A stretch of 64,000 nucleotides of DNA from Gracilinanus agilis (lineage: Eukaryota), in NCBI RefSeq assembly GCF_016433145.1, contig NC_058132.1, positions 655,294,875 through 655,358,874 on the forward strand, read 5' to 3'. Position numbers and translations under genes: made by a program. The notes beneath the pieces were generated by a model, which ran no database searches, was not told where the DNA came from, and saw only the letters and a list, made by a program, of their open reading frames with translations. Every line of letters starts with the position of its first letter. The first letter of the stretch is position 1. Shown here piece by piece: positions 24,356 to 36,782 of the stretch.

Positions 24356-26275
24356 ATTAACCTGGTTTAAAAAAATTGTTATAAGTACATATTACTGCTA
24401 CTAAAGTTGATACACATACTTGGAGGGCAACAAAGCACTTTCCTCATAACAACCCTATGAAATAACAGGAAATCTATTAATAGAGAACAAATCTCTGAGT
24501 CAATTAGACCTGAGTTCAGTCCTAAAACCTCTGGCAAATACTGGTTGTGTGACTTTGGGCAAGTCCTTTGACCTCTTGGTACCTTGGGCAACTCTTGCCA
24601 AGGTGCTGATAGCCAGGGTAGAAGTTTGTTGCCCTGTACTTTCTTTATTGATGAAATCCCAAGTCTGGTCCAATGCGAAGCAATGGAGAATGTTAATAAT
24701 CTTCCCATTTCATAATATGGATGAGGATGCATATAACGGAGAGAAGAGGCTTCCTGTAGTCTGGCACCAAAGTTATTGAGGAAGGCGAGGTGAGGTCAAA
24801 GTCTTGAACCCAGGTCTCCTGACTGACCCTAACATCATTAAAGATCTCTGTACACTAAGCTTAATCTGAAGTGCTCCGAGGCTGTTTTTCAAGAGTTTAT
24901 GTGAGAACATTCTGGAGTACATAGGGATAGGGACTGAACCTGTGACTTGATTGATACAAGAATCTCCCAGAGAAGGAATGTCCCTCTATTAATCCAGGTA
25001 GACACCTTTTCTGCAACTTCTCATCAAGAAGAGTTTCTTCCACAATGGTTAAATACTCTTTGTAAATGGTAAACAAACATGGAGCCAATGCCATACAAAT
25101 ATATCTCTAAAGGGTTGGATTAGCACTGAGTGTCAGTCACTGTCCTCTTCAGGGGGGATGACAATTATGACTATCTTGCCTGAAGACCATCTCTGTCTCT
25201 AGCTCTGACCATTCATGCATCTACACTGATTCATCTCTTTTAGTGCTTATTAAAAATGAATACTTCCCCCTGCAGCACAGAGCAAAAATACAAATCCTGC
25301 CAAAGGCTTTCCTTCCAGCTTTCTGTTATGAACTCCAGTTTTTCTGTTGTGTTTGTTAACCCTCCGTTCACCACAGAGAGAGGGCCAGAAAGGCTTCCTG
25401 GACAAGGAGTGTTTTTCATTTGTCTGTAGGTGGGAATTGAGTGAAACTCTTCATTTCTCAGCTCTGGGTCTTCTCTCTGGCTATTCCTCATTGCCTAGGA
25501 CACTCTCTCTCCTCAACTCCATCTATCTTCTTTGACTTCCTGTAAGTTGAAAGAAAAATCCTATCTCCCACAGGAACCCTTCCTCAATCCCTCCTAATTC
25601 TAGAGTCATTTCTCTTTAAATGATTTCATATTCAGCCTGTAAATAGATTGTTTCCACATATTTGTTTGCTTGATGTCTCCTCCATTAGCTTTAAGTTCCT
25701 TGAGGGCAGGGACTTTTTTTTACCTTTTTTTAAATCCCAAGAATTTAATTAAATGTTTATTGACATTTGACTGAATAATCACAGCTGCAAATTAGCACAT
25801 AGGGTGTATATTCAGAGAAGCAAGAACGTATTGGCTGTGTTTGGCTCACTTGCCTTAGTCCTCATTTCCTATGGTCCTATAAGGAATTTTAACAAATGGC
25901 ATTTCCATGATTTGCCTCTGATTCAACATCAAAGATCTCTAGACCAGTGGGGCAGTAGGAAGAGGCAGAGTGGGACAGCGAAAAGAACATTATGTCTTGT
26001 ATCAGAGAACCCATGTTCCCACTGCTCCTTGAATCCATTGCTTCAAAATCCACCCAAATCCACACCTCACCCCTCACAGCCTCAGTTTCTGTATGTGTGG
26101 CAACTACAATCACTTATCATCAGCATCTTTTAAGGTTTGCCTAGAGTATCTCAATTGGTTGGTAACATGAAGAGATTGGGGTAGGTGACTTCTGAAGTCC
26201 CCTCCAGCTTTCAAATTCTGGTCCAATGTTCTGCTTCATTGGACTTTTTCCTCATCTGTAAAATGGGGTGGATAG

Positions 26276-26492
26276 GGGGAGCTAGGTGGATAGAGTGGAT
26301 AGACTCAAGATAAGAGATAGAGATAGAGTGGATAGAGAGCCAGACCTCAAGATAGGTTCAAATCTGGTCTCAGATAATTCCTAGCTGAGTGATTCTGGAC
26401 AAGTCACTTAACTCACATTGTCAAGTCCTTAGTTAGTCCTCTTCTGTCTTGGAACCAATACATACAATATTGATTCTAAGATGGAAGGTAAA
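26276..26492 (+). mobile_element. SINE1_Mdo-like SINE with a locally duplicated head, followed by (GT)n
   Basis: Diagnostic tail CTTCTGTCTTGGAACCAATACATACAATATTGATTCTAAGATGGAAGGTAA. GATAGAGTGGATAGA and CTCAAGATA are each present twice in the head. Confidence 0.85.
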
Positions 26493-27593
26493 GTGTGTGA
26501 GTGTGTGTGTGTGTGTGTGTTTTTAAATGGGGATAATACCAGAACTTTTGTCTTACAGGGTTTAAATGAGATGATATATCGCTAAGAGCTTTGCAGACCT
26601 TGAAGAGCCCTATTAATGTCATCATCATCATGATTATTGAAGGGACAAATATTAGTGGGAACTCTAGAGAAATTGGCATGACACCCTGCCTACTTTTTTA
26701 GTTAACATTTATATGGGGCTTGAAGATTCCCAAAGCACTTTAGATATACTACCATGTTTGATCCTCAAAACAACCCAGTGACAAAGCACCACTATCAGTC
26801 CCATTTTACAGATGAGGAAACTGAGCCTGAGGGAGATAATGTCATCTGACCAGGATCCCCCAGCTAGTAGAGGACTGAAGCAAGATTCTAACTCAGGATT
26901 CCCAAGTCCCAGGATCAATTTAGACATCACCTAACTACCTCTTATCAGTGACTTAAGAGGACAACAGATTTCAAGTTTTAGAGCTAAAAGGAATATTAGA
27001 GCTCATCTCATCCAACCACTTCTTTTTACAGATGAGGAAACTAAGGCATACTTAATAAAACTTTTTGTATTTAATTGAAAAAGATATTTTTCTTATGCAA
27101 CATCAAGGAAATGATTACCTTTATATGCACACATTATTATATGTCTCTCCTCAGTAAATAATCAGATTAGATAAAAGCTATGCATCACCATGTTATGTAA
27201 TAATGTAGAATGTGTCATTATGGGATGCTATTTTGAGAGAAAATCTAGAGAAACTTAGCTGCTATTTAGGAGCATTGGATTTCTATAGATTTGTCCTATT
27301 TCCAGTTATATTGAACAAAGAAAATTGAAGTTGGCTTTTTATTTCTGGTGGTGGTGGGAATGGTAGGGGGAGGAGAGGGCAAGTTCATGAGAAATAGAGT
27401 AGAGAGGGGAGAAGAAATCTGGCCCCTGTTTTGTGCTGCTGTGGCAGAGATACAGAATGAGCACCAGATGTACAATTAAGTATGAAACGTACTCAGTTTG
27501 AGCATTCCAGATGTCGCAGGCTAGAGGAAGGGGAAAGCATCGATTCTTTAGCTTGTTACATTTAATTATATCCTCTACTCAGTGGCATGAACT

Positions 27594-27731
27594 NNNNNNN
27601 NNNNNNNNNNNNNNNNNNNNNNNNNNNNNNNNNNNNNNNNNNNNNNNNNNNNNNNNNNNNNNNNNNNNNNNNNNNNNNNNNNNNNNNNNNNNNNNNNNNN
27701 NNNNNNNNNNNNNNNNNNNNNNNNNNNNNNN
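27594..27731. other. Assembly gap (138 N)
   Basis: N run. Confidence 1.
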
Positions 27732-28535
27732 TATTTCATCTTTGTTCAGTCTATCCAGCAATTAACAATCAAATCTGAGATGAGTGGAAAACGCACCCAG
27801 ACGTTTGCTAACGATTGGAGCATTTGCTGGACCTTCTCTAGCCATCACCCCCCCTAATCAGATGACTTCTCTAACTATATACTAAGGGAAAGATCAGGCT
27901 ACCATCTTCAAAAGTCTCCCTGCAAAGAGCAATGGAAAAAATTCCTATAATTGACACTCATGTGAATGCCTCTCTACTATCGATGAGTTCAGTTATTTTT
28001 AAATGGGAGAGAACACTCAACTGGAGAGTCCCCCCCACCTCCCACCCCCGTTAATTAATTCAGCCATTTGGAAATTGTAAGGCCATTGCATACTGGGTAA
28101 ATCCACTGATTCTTTGAAATGCTCGTTGAGATTCTATAGCTGGCTAATCAGTTATCCATCACACCTCGTCTGCCCCTTCAAGTTGGGTCTTTTATGTTCT
28201 ATCCTAACGATTATGTAGACAATAAGAAAAAGATGAATTTATCGATTTAAAATAGATTCAATGCTCCAACACACTTCTAAATGATAAACTAGTATTTTTG
28301 CCATTTGTCCTCTAGAGATCCCTTGTAGTCTAGAGATGTCAGTGCGAAAGTATCTGATTCTTGCAGAGAAAAGCCCAGAAGCTGTATTTGTTCAGAGTAG
28401 GGGAATGATTTATGTGAGGCCACAGTCTGCACTGGTGCATAGTATTCATACTGAGGATTGATAATCTGAGGTTTTCGAGTGTCCACGGTATTTTTTCAGG
28501 ACAACTACATCATGATAGTAATAGCTAAGTGTTTA

Positions 28536-28734
28536 TTTTTTAACTTTAACTTCCATCTTAGAATTAATAATGTATATTGATTCCAAGGCAGAAGAGCAGT
28601 AAGGGCAGGGCATTGGGGGTTAAGTGACTTACCCAGGATCACATAGATAGGAAGTGTGTCTAAGCTCATATTTGAACCCAGAACCTCCCTTCTCTAGATC
28701 TGGCTCTCAACCCACTGAGCCACTTAGCTGCCCC
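28536..28734 (-). mobile_element. SINE1_Mdo-like SINE
   Basis: Reverse complement of the tail (CTTCCATCTTAGAAT...GATTCCAAGGCAGAAGAG) and head (CACTGAGCCACTTAGCTGCCCC). Confidence 0.9.
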
Positions 28735-30372
28735 CTTGCTAAGATTGTATATACAGCATTTCATTTTGTATTCTCACAGTAACCCAATGAGGTAGATGCT
28801 ATTAACCCCATTTCACAGATAAAGAATCTGAGTCTGATTTGCTCAAGGTCACATAACTAATAAGTATCTAAAGGAGGATTTGAACTCAGGTTTTCCTGAC
28901 TCCCAGTTCCATTCTTTCTTCATTATGCTGACTGTCTACCTGAAATGACTTCAGAGGTAAGAAAGAGCTTAAAATCCTATCCTGGTTCCAATTGCCACAA
29001 GGTTAAATAGGCTCCTTTAGAGTTCTTTGCAAATCGTGTTTCCATAACACTACTTTGGAGCCCTTCCATTTCAGTAATTAAGTGCATATTTACGAGTTAA
29101 ATTTTATATAGTACATTGAGTGACTATTTCTAATTTACCTGATCCCCACAATGTTTATCCCACTTTCCTGTCAAAGATGCTAATGGTACACTAATTAGGA
29201 CAAGAAATAGGTGTTAAAACTTTTAGCACAAACTCAATTTTGTTGTGCTTTATTAACTCTTCAATCCTTCGAACCACCACTTTGACTAATAGACACAACA
29301 ACCCAACTGCAATTATCAGCCTGAAAGAGAATGGAACTAGATGACCTCAACGAGACTCTTCCAGGCTGAAACTCTACTGAGCCTCAAAGGTCAACCAATC
29401 CATCTTCCTGCTTTGCATTTAATTCAGAGCTGTGTGGGGTGCTCCCAGTGGAACTCCGGGCTTGATTCATTTAGCTAGATTAACAGTTTGGGGCTCAGTT
29501 CCCACTAAAGCATGCGCTCTGAAATCCTTGAGGCAATCAGCAATGGATCCTGGTGATGAATGAGGTTTGTGGGAACACCAGGGTGAGTATATTTAATTTT
29601 GCTTAATAGCAGTCAATTTTTCATGTCAAGAATTTTCCCCTCAGATGTTTTCTGAGCATTGAGCGACGTCCTTTAATGAATACTGAATGATCTCCAGCTC
29701 CTTACAATATGAGTTAATAAGGGAAACAGGTGGCAGGGAGAAAGTGATGCTCCAGGGTTACCTCAAAGCAACAATTCAAGTAGACATTAACACTTTGAAT
29801 GGAAAGGAGGCAATTTTAAAACATCCATTAAGTGAAAAGGGCTCTTTTGGTGAATGTTAGTTAACTGGGGGAAAATGGCTTTGTCAAAGGAAAAGTAAAG
29901 CTGTAATTTATTAATGTCCCCTCAGGGCAGGGTCTACATTTTTCCTCTTTTTTTGTATCCCCAACACTCAACACAGGATCTGGCACATAGTAGGTGCTGA
30001 ATGTTTATTATTCGAATGTTCATGATGAATTTGTGGATTAGACTGATGAAATTTAGCTCATTGAGGGTAGGGATTATCTCTCTTCTCCTTCTTTTTTCCT
30101 CTTCCTTTCTCCCTCCCCTCTCCCTTTTCCTGTCTTCTCTAATGGGAGAAAATTACTCTTTTCCATACCTTTCTCCCTTCTCCATGTTTATTGAGAAACT
30201 ATTGTGGAGGAAGGCTTGTTGCTTGCCCTCAGGGAGCTCACAGCTAAGATAAACAAATTGCTAGTGACATTTACAGAATATAGAAGTATAAGGGATTGTG
30301 TACCAGATATAGATCTATGCAGGAGAGGACATTTTTGTTTAATATTAAAGAGAGGCAACTAAGATTTATAAA

Positions 30373-30375
<3 letters not shown>

Positions 30376-30438
<63 letters not shown>
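30376..30438. repeat. (TC)n microsatellite
   Basis: Directly visible. Confidence 0.99.
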
Positions 30439-32809
30439 GTTGTTGCGTGGGGGTCTCGATTGATAGAATTGTTAATAGGGAAAGGAAAGGAGTGGCAAAG
30501 GAGAGATCTTTAGATAATCAAAGAAGAACAAAAATATAAAAAAGGGAAGATGGCCCAGAGTGATAGAAGAGTGGTGGACTTGGGACTCAGGAGCTGTAGT
30601 TTTGAATCTCCATTCTCCCACTTACTATCCTTGTGACCTCCCTCATGTGAAAAAAAAAAAAGGGAAATTTGCAATCAACAATTTCTGAAGCATCTTTCCA
30701 GCAAGAATTCTCAGGATCCTTTGAATAGGAGAGATGTGAGAAGGAGGAGGAAGAGGAGGTAGGATGTGGCAAAGTAGAGAGCAGAAAGAAGAAAGAGTAA
30801 TGATTGCTGGAGCTGGAGGATTGAGTGTGCACTGCTCATAGTGGTTAGCAGGACAGCAAGTTTAAAGGCTACATATATTCCTTTTCTACTAGAACAGAAT
30901 CACCTACTGTCAATGCTAGGCCAAAACCTTGATTTATAGGTGAGGAGGCTGAGTCCTAGAGAGATAAAGTGATCTACCTAAGGCAGCACGGTTAATTAGC
31001 TAAGCCTTGAACTCAACCCTTGGTTTCCCAATCCACTGCACTTTCCACTGCATCACGTTATCCCTGCAGACAATCTTCTCTTTCAAGGTCACTCTAAGGA
31101 AAAATGTCTAATTAGAAAATGAGCCTTCCTGGCACCACAATTCCTGCTAGTCCCAGCTCTTTTAAGTGACAGGAATGACATTGCAGCCTGCAGCTAAGGC
31201 TCTGTGCCCATGCTTAGAGCTAGCATTTGGAAATGTTAGCCTAGCTAGGATGGGGATCCTGGAATTTTTTTATGACTTCTGTTTTAAAAATCATTAAATC
31301 TTGAGAAATCCAATGGCCTCATCTCAAACTTAAGCAGTTGTGGTGGGTTTGTGCACCCGTCTCATTTAAATGATGATATTGCGTCTCGATGGCCTTGGCA
31401 GCAATGCAATGATGATATAATTTGGCTGCTGGAATTAGCATCGAGTTTAACTAGAGGCCAGAATCTTCTCCCTAGAGAACTGCACAGAAACCTTGGAGAA
31501 TGGCAGAAATCTATATTCGGGCCTAACCTATTGCCCAGTGTATGTTTATCAGATCATTGAGTTTAAGTGAAAAATATTAAAGACCATAGTGAGGATGCCA
31601 TAAGAATCCCTAGAGGGCATGGCTACAGGCTTGAAAAATCAATGAACTCCATCTCTGGTCAGATTTTACTCTCTAAAGGGAGAAACATTGAATCTTTCTT
31701 TTTAATGAAAAGAAAACTTTAATTTAAAAGAGAAAATGAAAAGAACTTTTTTTTTGGAAAATGAAAGCACAGGAGGAAAGGGATGGAAGGAATAAAAGAA
31801 AGGGAATATAATCTGAAGACTTCAACTGGTACAGTTTGACTCCTCTGACAGTTCTTCATTAAAGTAGGGGAGAGTCTTTCCTTTTATTTTACTGATTACA
31901 AAATGAAAGTAGTTGGATCAATGCCACTGTGGAAACATCCTTGAATATTTCAATGGATTTCAATGGCATTATTTCAGTGGATTTGTCTGGGATCCTCTTG
32001 GTGTTGGCATGTTCTCTACCAGTTTAGATTTCAGCTCATCCATACCTTCTGGTTTTGTGTGACCATGCTTGTTTGTAAATTCTCCTGGAGGGCCTGTGAG
32101 TGTCTCTCTCTGCTTCTTTTACTGTTTTATGGATGCTCATACAACCCTAGAGGCCTCCATCCCTTATGCCTTGCTCTTAGTACGTGAGTAGCCCCTAGCA
32201 TAGATGCTATCTTTTCCATCACTCTCCATGTAAGTTATCTTTGGTGATGGATACTTTGAGACTTACTTGCATCCTCTGCCCAGTTTTCCATTGTTTGTTG
32301 GGCCACTGGCCATGAAAGTATGTTTGACACCATTCCCTCTCTTATGCTGTGCAAGGCATGAAAGTACCCGGTTTTTAGTTTTGGAAAAGACCAGGAAATG
32401 ATTCATTTCATTTATGTGTAAACTAGACAAATGTTATGGCAGAGAATGGGCACAAGGCAAAACTGGCAAGTAGGTAAAGTTTGTCTTCAGTGCTCCAAGT
32501 TTCATTTTTCCAGCCCATCTATTCTATCACCATCACCCACTATATTGCTAACAAAATTGGAACCCAAGAAGACTAGAATGTTAAGTATTATCATTTAGTC
32601 AATTATTGGGGTAAAGAAAGGTTGTATCCCCATGGAGAGAATAACTATTCATTGCACATGGATGGGGATGACTGGACATTGTATTGATCCTAAAATGATA
32701 CCAGTTAGACAGACTTCTATACTGCCTACGTATAAAGTTGGATCTGTCACTGATAAAATTGTGGTCCACAGTGTCTTCATTTAACAAATCTGTGGTGTGT
32801 GGGTTTTTT

Positions 32810-33240
32810 TTTTAATTTTTCAGCTAACGAGCACAACTTTTTATTAAGTCATCCCTCCTACTATTATGCTCATTAAGCAAAAAACCCTGAAAAATAAAGC
32901 CTTCAAAATATAAGTCTAGATCAGCAAAACTAGATTCCATAACTCCCCTCCCCTCTCCTTCTCCCGTCTCTTCTCTGCCTCTGTTTTTGTCTATGTCTAT
33001 CTTTCTCTTTCCCTCTAAATTTTAACTTCATCTTCTCTCTCCCAGGAGCTCAGTGGTGTGTTCCACTGTTATTTTTTTGGACTCCTGGTTGCCCTTGTGT
33101 TGAACAGAGACCTAAGGAGTTTTCTGCGTAATGTTGTTATCATTGGATAGATTGTTCTCCTTCTTCTTCTCCCTTGGCTCCATAGCAGTTCATAGAAGTC
33201 TTACCAGTTTTCACCATAATGCCTTCATGGCAATAATTTA
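32810..33240 (-). mobile_element. Old LINE-1 3' UTR remnant
   Basis: Poly-T start at 32805 and CAGTTCATAGAAGTCTTACCAG, similar to the L1 3' block at 22520. Confidence 0.5.
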
Positions 33241-33290
33241 CCTTTTTTAGAACATTCTATGGTTGGCAAAACACTTTTCTCACAGTCATC

Positions 33291-33501
33291 TTTTTTTTTA
33301 TTAAACCCCTACCTTCCATCTTAGAATCAATGCTGTGTATTGATTCCAAGGCAGAAGATTGGGAAGGGCTAGCTAGGCAATGGAGGCTAAGTGACTTGCC
33401 CAGGGTCACACAGCTGGGAAGTGTCTGAGGCCAGATTTTGAACCCAGGACCTCCCACCTTTAGGCCTGGCTCACAATCCACTGAGTCACCTAGCAGACCC
33501 C
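33291..33501 (-). mobile_element. SINE1_Mdo-like SINE
   Basis: ACCTTCCATCTTAGAATCAATGCTGTGTATTGATTCCAAGGCAGAAG...TTGAACCCAGGACCTCC...CACTGAGTCACCTAGCAGACCCC. Confidence 0.92.
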
Positions 33502-33517
33502 ACAGTAATCTTTCAAG

Positions 33518-33746
33518 AGGCATCTGGTGGATAGAACACTGGATCTAGCTTCAGGAAGATGTGAGTTTAAATCCAGTCACAGTAACTTCCTATCTGTGTG
33601 ACCCTGGACAAGTCACTTAGCCTCTGATTAGCTGACAAAAGGATACACAGGAAAAGGAAATGGCACCAGGATCTTTGTCAAGAAAACCCCATGGACAGCC
33701 CCCATCGGATCACAATGAGTAAGATGTCACTGAATAACAACAGCAA
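33518..33746 (+). mobile_element. MAR1-like CORE-SINE
   Basis: CORE followed by GGAAAAGGAAATGGCA...ATCTTTGTCAAGAAAACCCCATGGACAG...CTGAATAACAAC. Confidence 0.75.
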
Positions 33747-34186
33747 TCTTTAGATTATTGCAAGTTTTTAAAATTCTCATCTCATAGAAGAGAAAAATGA
33801 ACATTTTCCAAGAGCCTACTATGTGCCAGGAATTCTGCTAGGCTGTGAGGATTCAAAAAGAAGAAAAACAGACAAAGGCGAGGGGGAAGTAGATTGTGGG
33901 CATGGACAGGCAGTCTGTGGCAAAAGTCTGGAAGTGGGAAGTTGACTGTCACATATGGAGAAGAACAAGCAAGCCAGGTTGGCTAAACCATATAGTATGT
34001 AGGGCAGTTGGTGCGGGATGGGGTGGAAGGGAATGATGTGACATAAATCTGGGATGATAGATTAGGTTTAGTTTGGGAAGGACTTTGAATACCAAACAGA
34101 AGTATTTGTATTATACCCTGGAGTTCTCACACTTCTTGCATAGAGACATAGTTAGAGCTTTGGTTTTAAAATATTACTTTTAAAAT

Positions 34187-34359
34187 GTCAGTGGATAGAA
34201 AGCCAAGTCTAGAGAGGGAAGGTTCTGGGTTCAAATTTGACATAAGAAATTTCCTAGCTATATTATCTTGGGCAAGTCCCTTAACTCCAATTGCCTGCCC
34301 TTTACCAGTCTTCTGCCTTGGAACCAATATTGAGTACAGACTGAGATGGAAGGCAAGGG

Positions 34360-34363
<4 letters not shown>
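34187..34363 (+). mobile_element. SINE1_Mdo-like SINE with a (CA)n tail
   Basis: CAGTGGATAGAAAGCC...GGGTTCAAAT...TCTTCTGCCTTGGAACCAATA...GAGATGGAAGGCAAGGGTTTT. Confidence 0.88.
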
Positions 34364-34403
<40 letters not shown>

Positions 34404-34429
34404 ACATATTACTTGAGACTCTCTTAGCT

Positions 34430-35225
34430 CCAAGATTTTGTCCTCTGAATTTCCTTCTCTGAACACAATCTCCTGTCCTTCTACTCCAGTCATTCATTTT
34501 TCTCATCTCCACTTTTTACCTCTAGCCCTAGTTAGGGGGCTTATTGGTTCCTTACCTTCTCCTTTCTCCACTGAGCCACAACTTTGCTTCTTCCCTTATC
34601 TTACTGTGCTGATGTGAAGTTCTTCACTCTTTTGGCCCTCTCAGTGTCCTCTCCTCTTCTATTCAGTGTCAGGAGAAGAGGAGGCTCTCCCTTTGAGAAC
34701 TGACCAGTCCATCCAGTCTTTCAGTCTTTTCCCTGCATTTCTCATCCATGGATTTGATCCTTCAACTATTCCATTCCACCAGCACCCCCTCCCTCCACTT
34801 CAATCTCTCTTTCTCTGCTGAGTGCTTTCTCAAAGCCTACAGGTTTCTTTCTCTTATAGGCAAAGTCCTTGATCTTGTCACCCCCTCAGGCTCTCATAAT
34901 TTAATGGCCAAAAATCTAAAAAAGAAGCATGTGCACTGGCCATCTCCATCTCCTTCTCAGAGATATTGACTCCTCAGTCACTTGCAGTCTGGTTCCCATT
35001 TCCAGTACCCCAGTGAAACAACACACTGTCCAAGATGCCCAACAATCTCAGGATCCCTGAATCCCAACAACATTCTCCTGTGGCATTTGATACCTTTGAC
35101 TACCTCCTCCTTCTTGTTACCCTCTCCTTTCTTGGCATTTTGTTGTGATCCTGTACTCCCACAGTTCTGTTCCTACCTCTCTGACTATTCCTTGTGCGGT
35201 CATTTTGATGACTTCATCCTCATAG
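34430..35225 (+). mobile_element. LINE-2 ORF2 (reverse transcriptase region) fragment
   Basis: ORF 34982-35302 begins LQSGSHFQYPSET and has ...AFDT..., ...SYLSDYS, decayed L2 RT motifs (QSGF...STETAL / AFDTVDH / WFSSYLS). Confidence 0.8.
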
Positions 35226-35691
35226 CCCTTAAAGTTCTATTGTACATCTTCTTCTCACCTCTCTATGCATCCAGGTCAGGTTGGGCCACTTCCCCAAGCT
35301 AGAAGAAGGAGGAAATGTAGGAAGAAAGAATGATGGATGAATCCATGGGGGCAGTCACTGATGCCAAAGGAATTCCAACAGCTTGGTTTATTCTTATCTA
35401 ACTATCTAGGATTTGTGTATTCAAAGCTGCCTAGGGTCTCTACTTTATAATGGCATTTATTTAAGTGTCTCTGGTCTCCCTTTCTCCATCTTATATAACA
35501 AGGCTTAGCCCTTAGCCTCTCTCTCTCCTCAGGATACTTCAGATCAGTTAGTCATTCTGGACAGAGCTGACTCCCTTGAAAGGCATCTTCATTTCCCAGA
35601 ACCAGAATAAAACTTGTACCCAAGGCTAATGGTGAGGCATTACTGTTTGGGGGAAATGAGTATTCCACTATTAACTAATCTTCTCCATGCT

Positions 35692-35898
35692 TTAAAAAAA
35701 ACAAACCTTCACCTTCCATCTTAGAATCATTGGCTCTTTGTATTGGTTTTCAGTCAGAAAATCAATAAGGGCTAGGCAATGGAGGTAAAATGAGTTGCCC
35801 AAGGTCACACAGCTAGGAAGTGTCTGAGGCTAGATCTGAACCCAAGATCTCCCATCTCTAGGTTTGGCTCTCAATCCACTGAGCCACCCAGCTGCCCC
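35692..35898 (-). mobile_element. SINE1_Mdo-like SINE
   Basis: CCTTCCATCTTAGAATC...GGGCTAGGCAATGG...CAATCCACTGAGCCACCCAGCTGCCCC. Confidence 0.9.
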
Positions 35899-36642
35899 TG
35901 ATCCTCGCTATGCCTAGTAAGTGTTTCTTCAATTATTGTTGAATAATTGTCTCTGCCTTATCCATAGAGATTGCATCTGGATAGGGACCTTTGCCTAGAG
36001 GCATCTAGGTGGCTCAGTGGATGGAGCACAAGAAGGAGGGTGAGATGCTATTATTCCTCTATTTTATAAGTGAGGAACCCGAGACTCAAAGGGGCTAAGA
36101 TTGGTAAGTGGTGGGTCCAGAGCTTGATGGTTGTTCTCTTGATTCTGATGACAGGACTTTTTCAAACACATTGCTAACACATGAGCCTTCACATAGGAGG
36201 TCCTCGATGAGTATTTATCAGTACAATGAATGAATGAAATATTTTATTGAATAGGAGGATTGACATAACAGCAGTAACTTACATAATGCTGTTGGGTTTG
36301 CAGAGTTCTTTGTGCAGAATCATGGACTTAAATCTGGAAGGGACTCCAGTAGCCATCTGATCCAATCCTATCATTTTACAGAGGAAGAAACTGAGGTTAA
36401 AAGGGTTTTAAGTGATTTGTCCAAGGTCACATAGAAAGAGTAGGAAGGCGAGCATGGATTTGAACTCAGATCCTCTCAATCATGGTAAAGAGTTTGCTAA
36501 CTCCAGTTTTATTAAACTCTTTAAAGCAGCACTGTCTTCTCTCATTGGAATCTCATAACAACCCTGAGATGTTTTCATGTTATTATCTGCATTCAGTTGG
36601 TGAGAAAACTGAGATGCCAAGAGGTTTAACATCACTTGCCTG

Positions 36643-36782
36643 TTGGTCTTGATCAATGACACATGTAAAACCCAGTGGAATTGTGTGTGGGCTATGGGAG
36701 GGGGTAGAAGGAGGGGAGGGATAGGACATGAATCCTATAACCATGGAGAAATGTTATAAATTAATAAATTAAATAAAAATAA
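36643..36782 (+). mobile_element. 140-bp 5'-truncated LINE-1 3' end with 12-bp TSD, inserted in a MIR-like SINE
   Basis: CTTGATCAATGACACATGTAAAACCCAGTGG...AATAAATTAAATAAAAAT. Perfect TSD ATCACTTGCCTG at 36631-36642 and 36783-36794. Confidence 0.85.

Noticed and set aside
28289-28486. 65-aa minus-strand ORF (VDTRKPQIINPQYEYY...)
   Set aside because: It has a non-ATG start, no splice sites and no recognisable homology. The length is within chance expectation.
31365-31480. Two ATGATGA box-C-like motifs suggesting a C/D snoRNA
   Set aside because: There is no CTGA box D at a suitable distance and no terminal stem.
34982-35302. 106-aa ORF
   Set aside because: It is a decayed LINE-2 reverse transcriptase, and the frame is chimeric through indels.
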